Part shown: in pieces, positions 62,196-64,000 of the stretch
How positions within the stretch are numbered: the first letter of the stretch is position 1
How the letters are laid out: the number at the start of each line of letters is the position of its first letter
Source: Octopus sinensis
Taxonomy: Eukaryota
DNA: 64,000 nucleotides
Assembly (NCBI RefSeq): GCF_006345805.1
Contig: NC_042997.1
Span: 178,312,001 to 178,376,000 of the forward strand
Reading direction: 5' to 3'
Made by a program: the position numbers and the translations under genes
The notes under the pieces: generated by a model
What the model was told of the DNA's origin: nothing
Seen by the model: only the letters and a program-made list of their open reading frames with translations
The model's database searches: none

Positions 62196-63896
62196 ACAGA
62201 CACACACACATGGTAATAAAAACTATACTACACTGTAAAACACACACACACACACACACACATTGATGGGCTTGAAACACTTCACATGGTTTCATCATCA
62301 TCATCGTTTAACGTTCGCTTTCCATGCTAGCATGGGTTGGACGATTTGACTGACGACTGGTGAACCAGATGGCTGCACCAGCCTCCAATCTTGATCTGGC
62401 AGAGTTTCTACAACTGGATGCCCTTCCTAATGCCAACCACTCCGAGAGTGTAGTTGGTGCTTTTACGTGCCACCAGCACAAGATCCAATCAGGCTGTACT
62501 GGCAACGGCCATGCTCAAATAGTGTTTTTTACATGCCACCTGCACGGGAGCCAGTCCAGCGGCACCGGCAATGACCTCGCTCGAATGTTTTTTCACGTGC
62601 CAGTAAGGTGATGCTGGTAATGATCACACTCGAATGGTGCTTTTTACATGCCACCGGCATAGAAATCAGTTAGCTGCTCTGGCAACAATCACGCTCGGAT
62701 GGTGCTCCAAATTCCCTCATAAAGCATTGGTCACCCTAGGACTTTAGTAGAAGACACCTATCCAAGGTGCTGTACAGTGGGACTGAATCCAAAACCTCAT
62801 GGTTGCAAAGTAAGCTTCTTGACCACATAGTCATGTCAGTGCATAATTAAATAAGTTAATGCAAAGTGAGCTATTTCAACATATTCTATTATTGGCTATG
62901 TTAACCCTTTAGCTTTTAAACTGACTACGTTTTCTGTTCAAACTGGCCACATTCACACCTACCCTACCATATCATTCGAAAAATAAGCAATAACATCATT
63001 GAAATCTTGAAGCTATGAGACAGTGTATGATTAATTCAAGACTGTGAATAAATAAGCATTACATTTGACAAAGTAATTTGAATGCAAAAGGGTTGAACAA
63101 ATATATCGTGGTTACAGCCATTTCACTTATCAATAATAATGTGAATAAAACTTAGCGATGCATGAACACCACAGATTCTTGTTTATCAGCTTATACAGTC
63201 TGGATTGATTAAGACAGTTGACACCAGTCAGTTGTAGTGAAAACTACCAATTTCGTACTCAGTACCACTTGTATGTATTTTAACCCTTCAGCGTTTAAAC
63301 TGGCCATGTCTGGCCCAAATATTCTCCTTGTTTTATGTTCAAACTGGCCAGATCTAGCCTCTCACACCTACTCTGCAATTTCATTCTAAAAATATACAAT
63401 CACATCATCAAAATCTTGAAACTATGAGATAATGCATGATTTATTCAAAACAATGTGAATAAATAAGCATTACATTAAAATTAAAATTTTAAATTTTAAA
63501 TTAATGCATTCTCTAGCCGGAAAAAGCTACTGCAGTGAATTATTTTCTGCAGTGTCATATCTGTAAATTTGTGCGCCAAAATGAGGACTTTTGAAAAATA
63601 ACCACAAGTGTAATAGGTAGAACTATATACATGTCCGACCTTGTGCATAGTCCTGCAAATTATATTTGTATGGACGTTCATACTGAAGATCTATGGACAA
63701 ATTGTGTATGTAAAATTACGTAATCTGTTGATAGTGAAACATCGTTTATGATTAATCTATATTTTGTTACTTTTCATTTGTCTTTCTCGCTTATGTTCTG
63801 GTGCTTGCTAAATTTTCTTGAGACATTTCTTAGTGGTAAGACCATAGCGGATCTACTTCTAGCATAAGGGTTGTCCACATAGTAGTCATCCCTCTC

Positions 63897-63965
<69 letters not shown>

Positions 63966-64000
63966 GGGTTGGCAACCCTTGTATCCTTGTGGTACCAGTG

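Noticed and set aside
63679-63729. CATA-CTGAAGA...AAAA-TT-ACGT-AA-TC-TGT, a possible additional hammerhead relic
   Set aside because: Helix II does not close, G12 is absent, helix I is only about 3 bp and there is no second copy; the evidence is insufficient. Similar very decayed strings near 57655 and 59105 were also not counted.
53061-64000. Search for the next MBTPS1 exon (expected phase 1, NHLHRYSKV-like)
   Set aside because: Candidate acceptors checked (about 53920, 55498, 60227) give no matching peptide and soon hit stops; the exon probably lies beyond the window.
1-64000. CRISPR arrays, rRNA genes or prokaryote-type operons
   Set aside because: No regularly spaced repeat-spacer array or rRNA-like sequence was seen; the window is eukaryotic intronic DNA.

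Overview
AT-rich, repeat-dense eukaryotic genomic DNA. The repeat repertoire resembles that of an octopus; this is inferred, not proven. The only host gene is the 3' half of MBTPS1 (site-1 protease, S1P/SKI-1) on the + strand. Eight exons (1258-1337, 2968-3003, 5380-5536, 7835-7915, 8859-8902, 12213-12290, 18891-19034, 52938-53060) splice with GT-AG ends and matching phases into one 743-nt open frame ([16 protein letters not shown]...DCFWLL...PERME). One intron is 33.9 kb; earlier and later exons were not found in the window. The introns hold decayed RTE LINEs and many copies of their (GAT)n-tailed 3' UTR, a near full-length decayed Penelope-like element, R4/Dong and L1/Tx1 fragments, a maT (DD37D) remnant, TA and TTAA MITEs, three non-autonomous Helitrons, several tRNA-derived SINE families and long microsatellites. 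Almost all short ORFs in the supplied track are repeat-derived. The main unexpected observation is a set of unrelated-looking fold-back (inverted-repeat) elements whose arms carry type-I hammerhead-ribozyme-like motifs, mostly decayed and often next to (TA)n tracts. This is consistent with several families of non-autonomous Penelope-derived or retrozyme-like elements. Other notable items are a candidate in-frame 9-nt MBTPS1 microexon (20941-20949) and a fold-back transposon with a 9-bp TSD and a TTAGGG-like loop.
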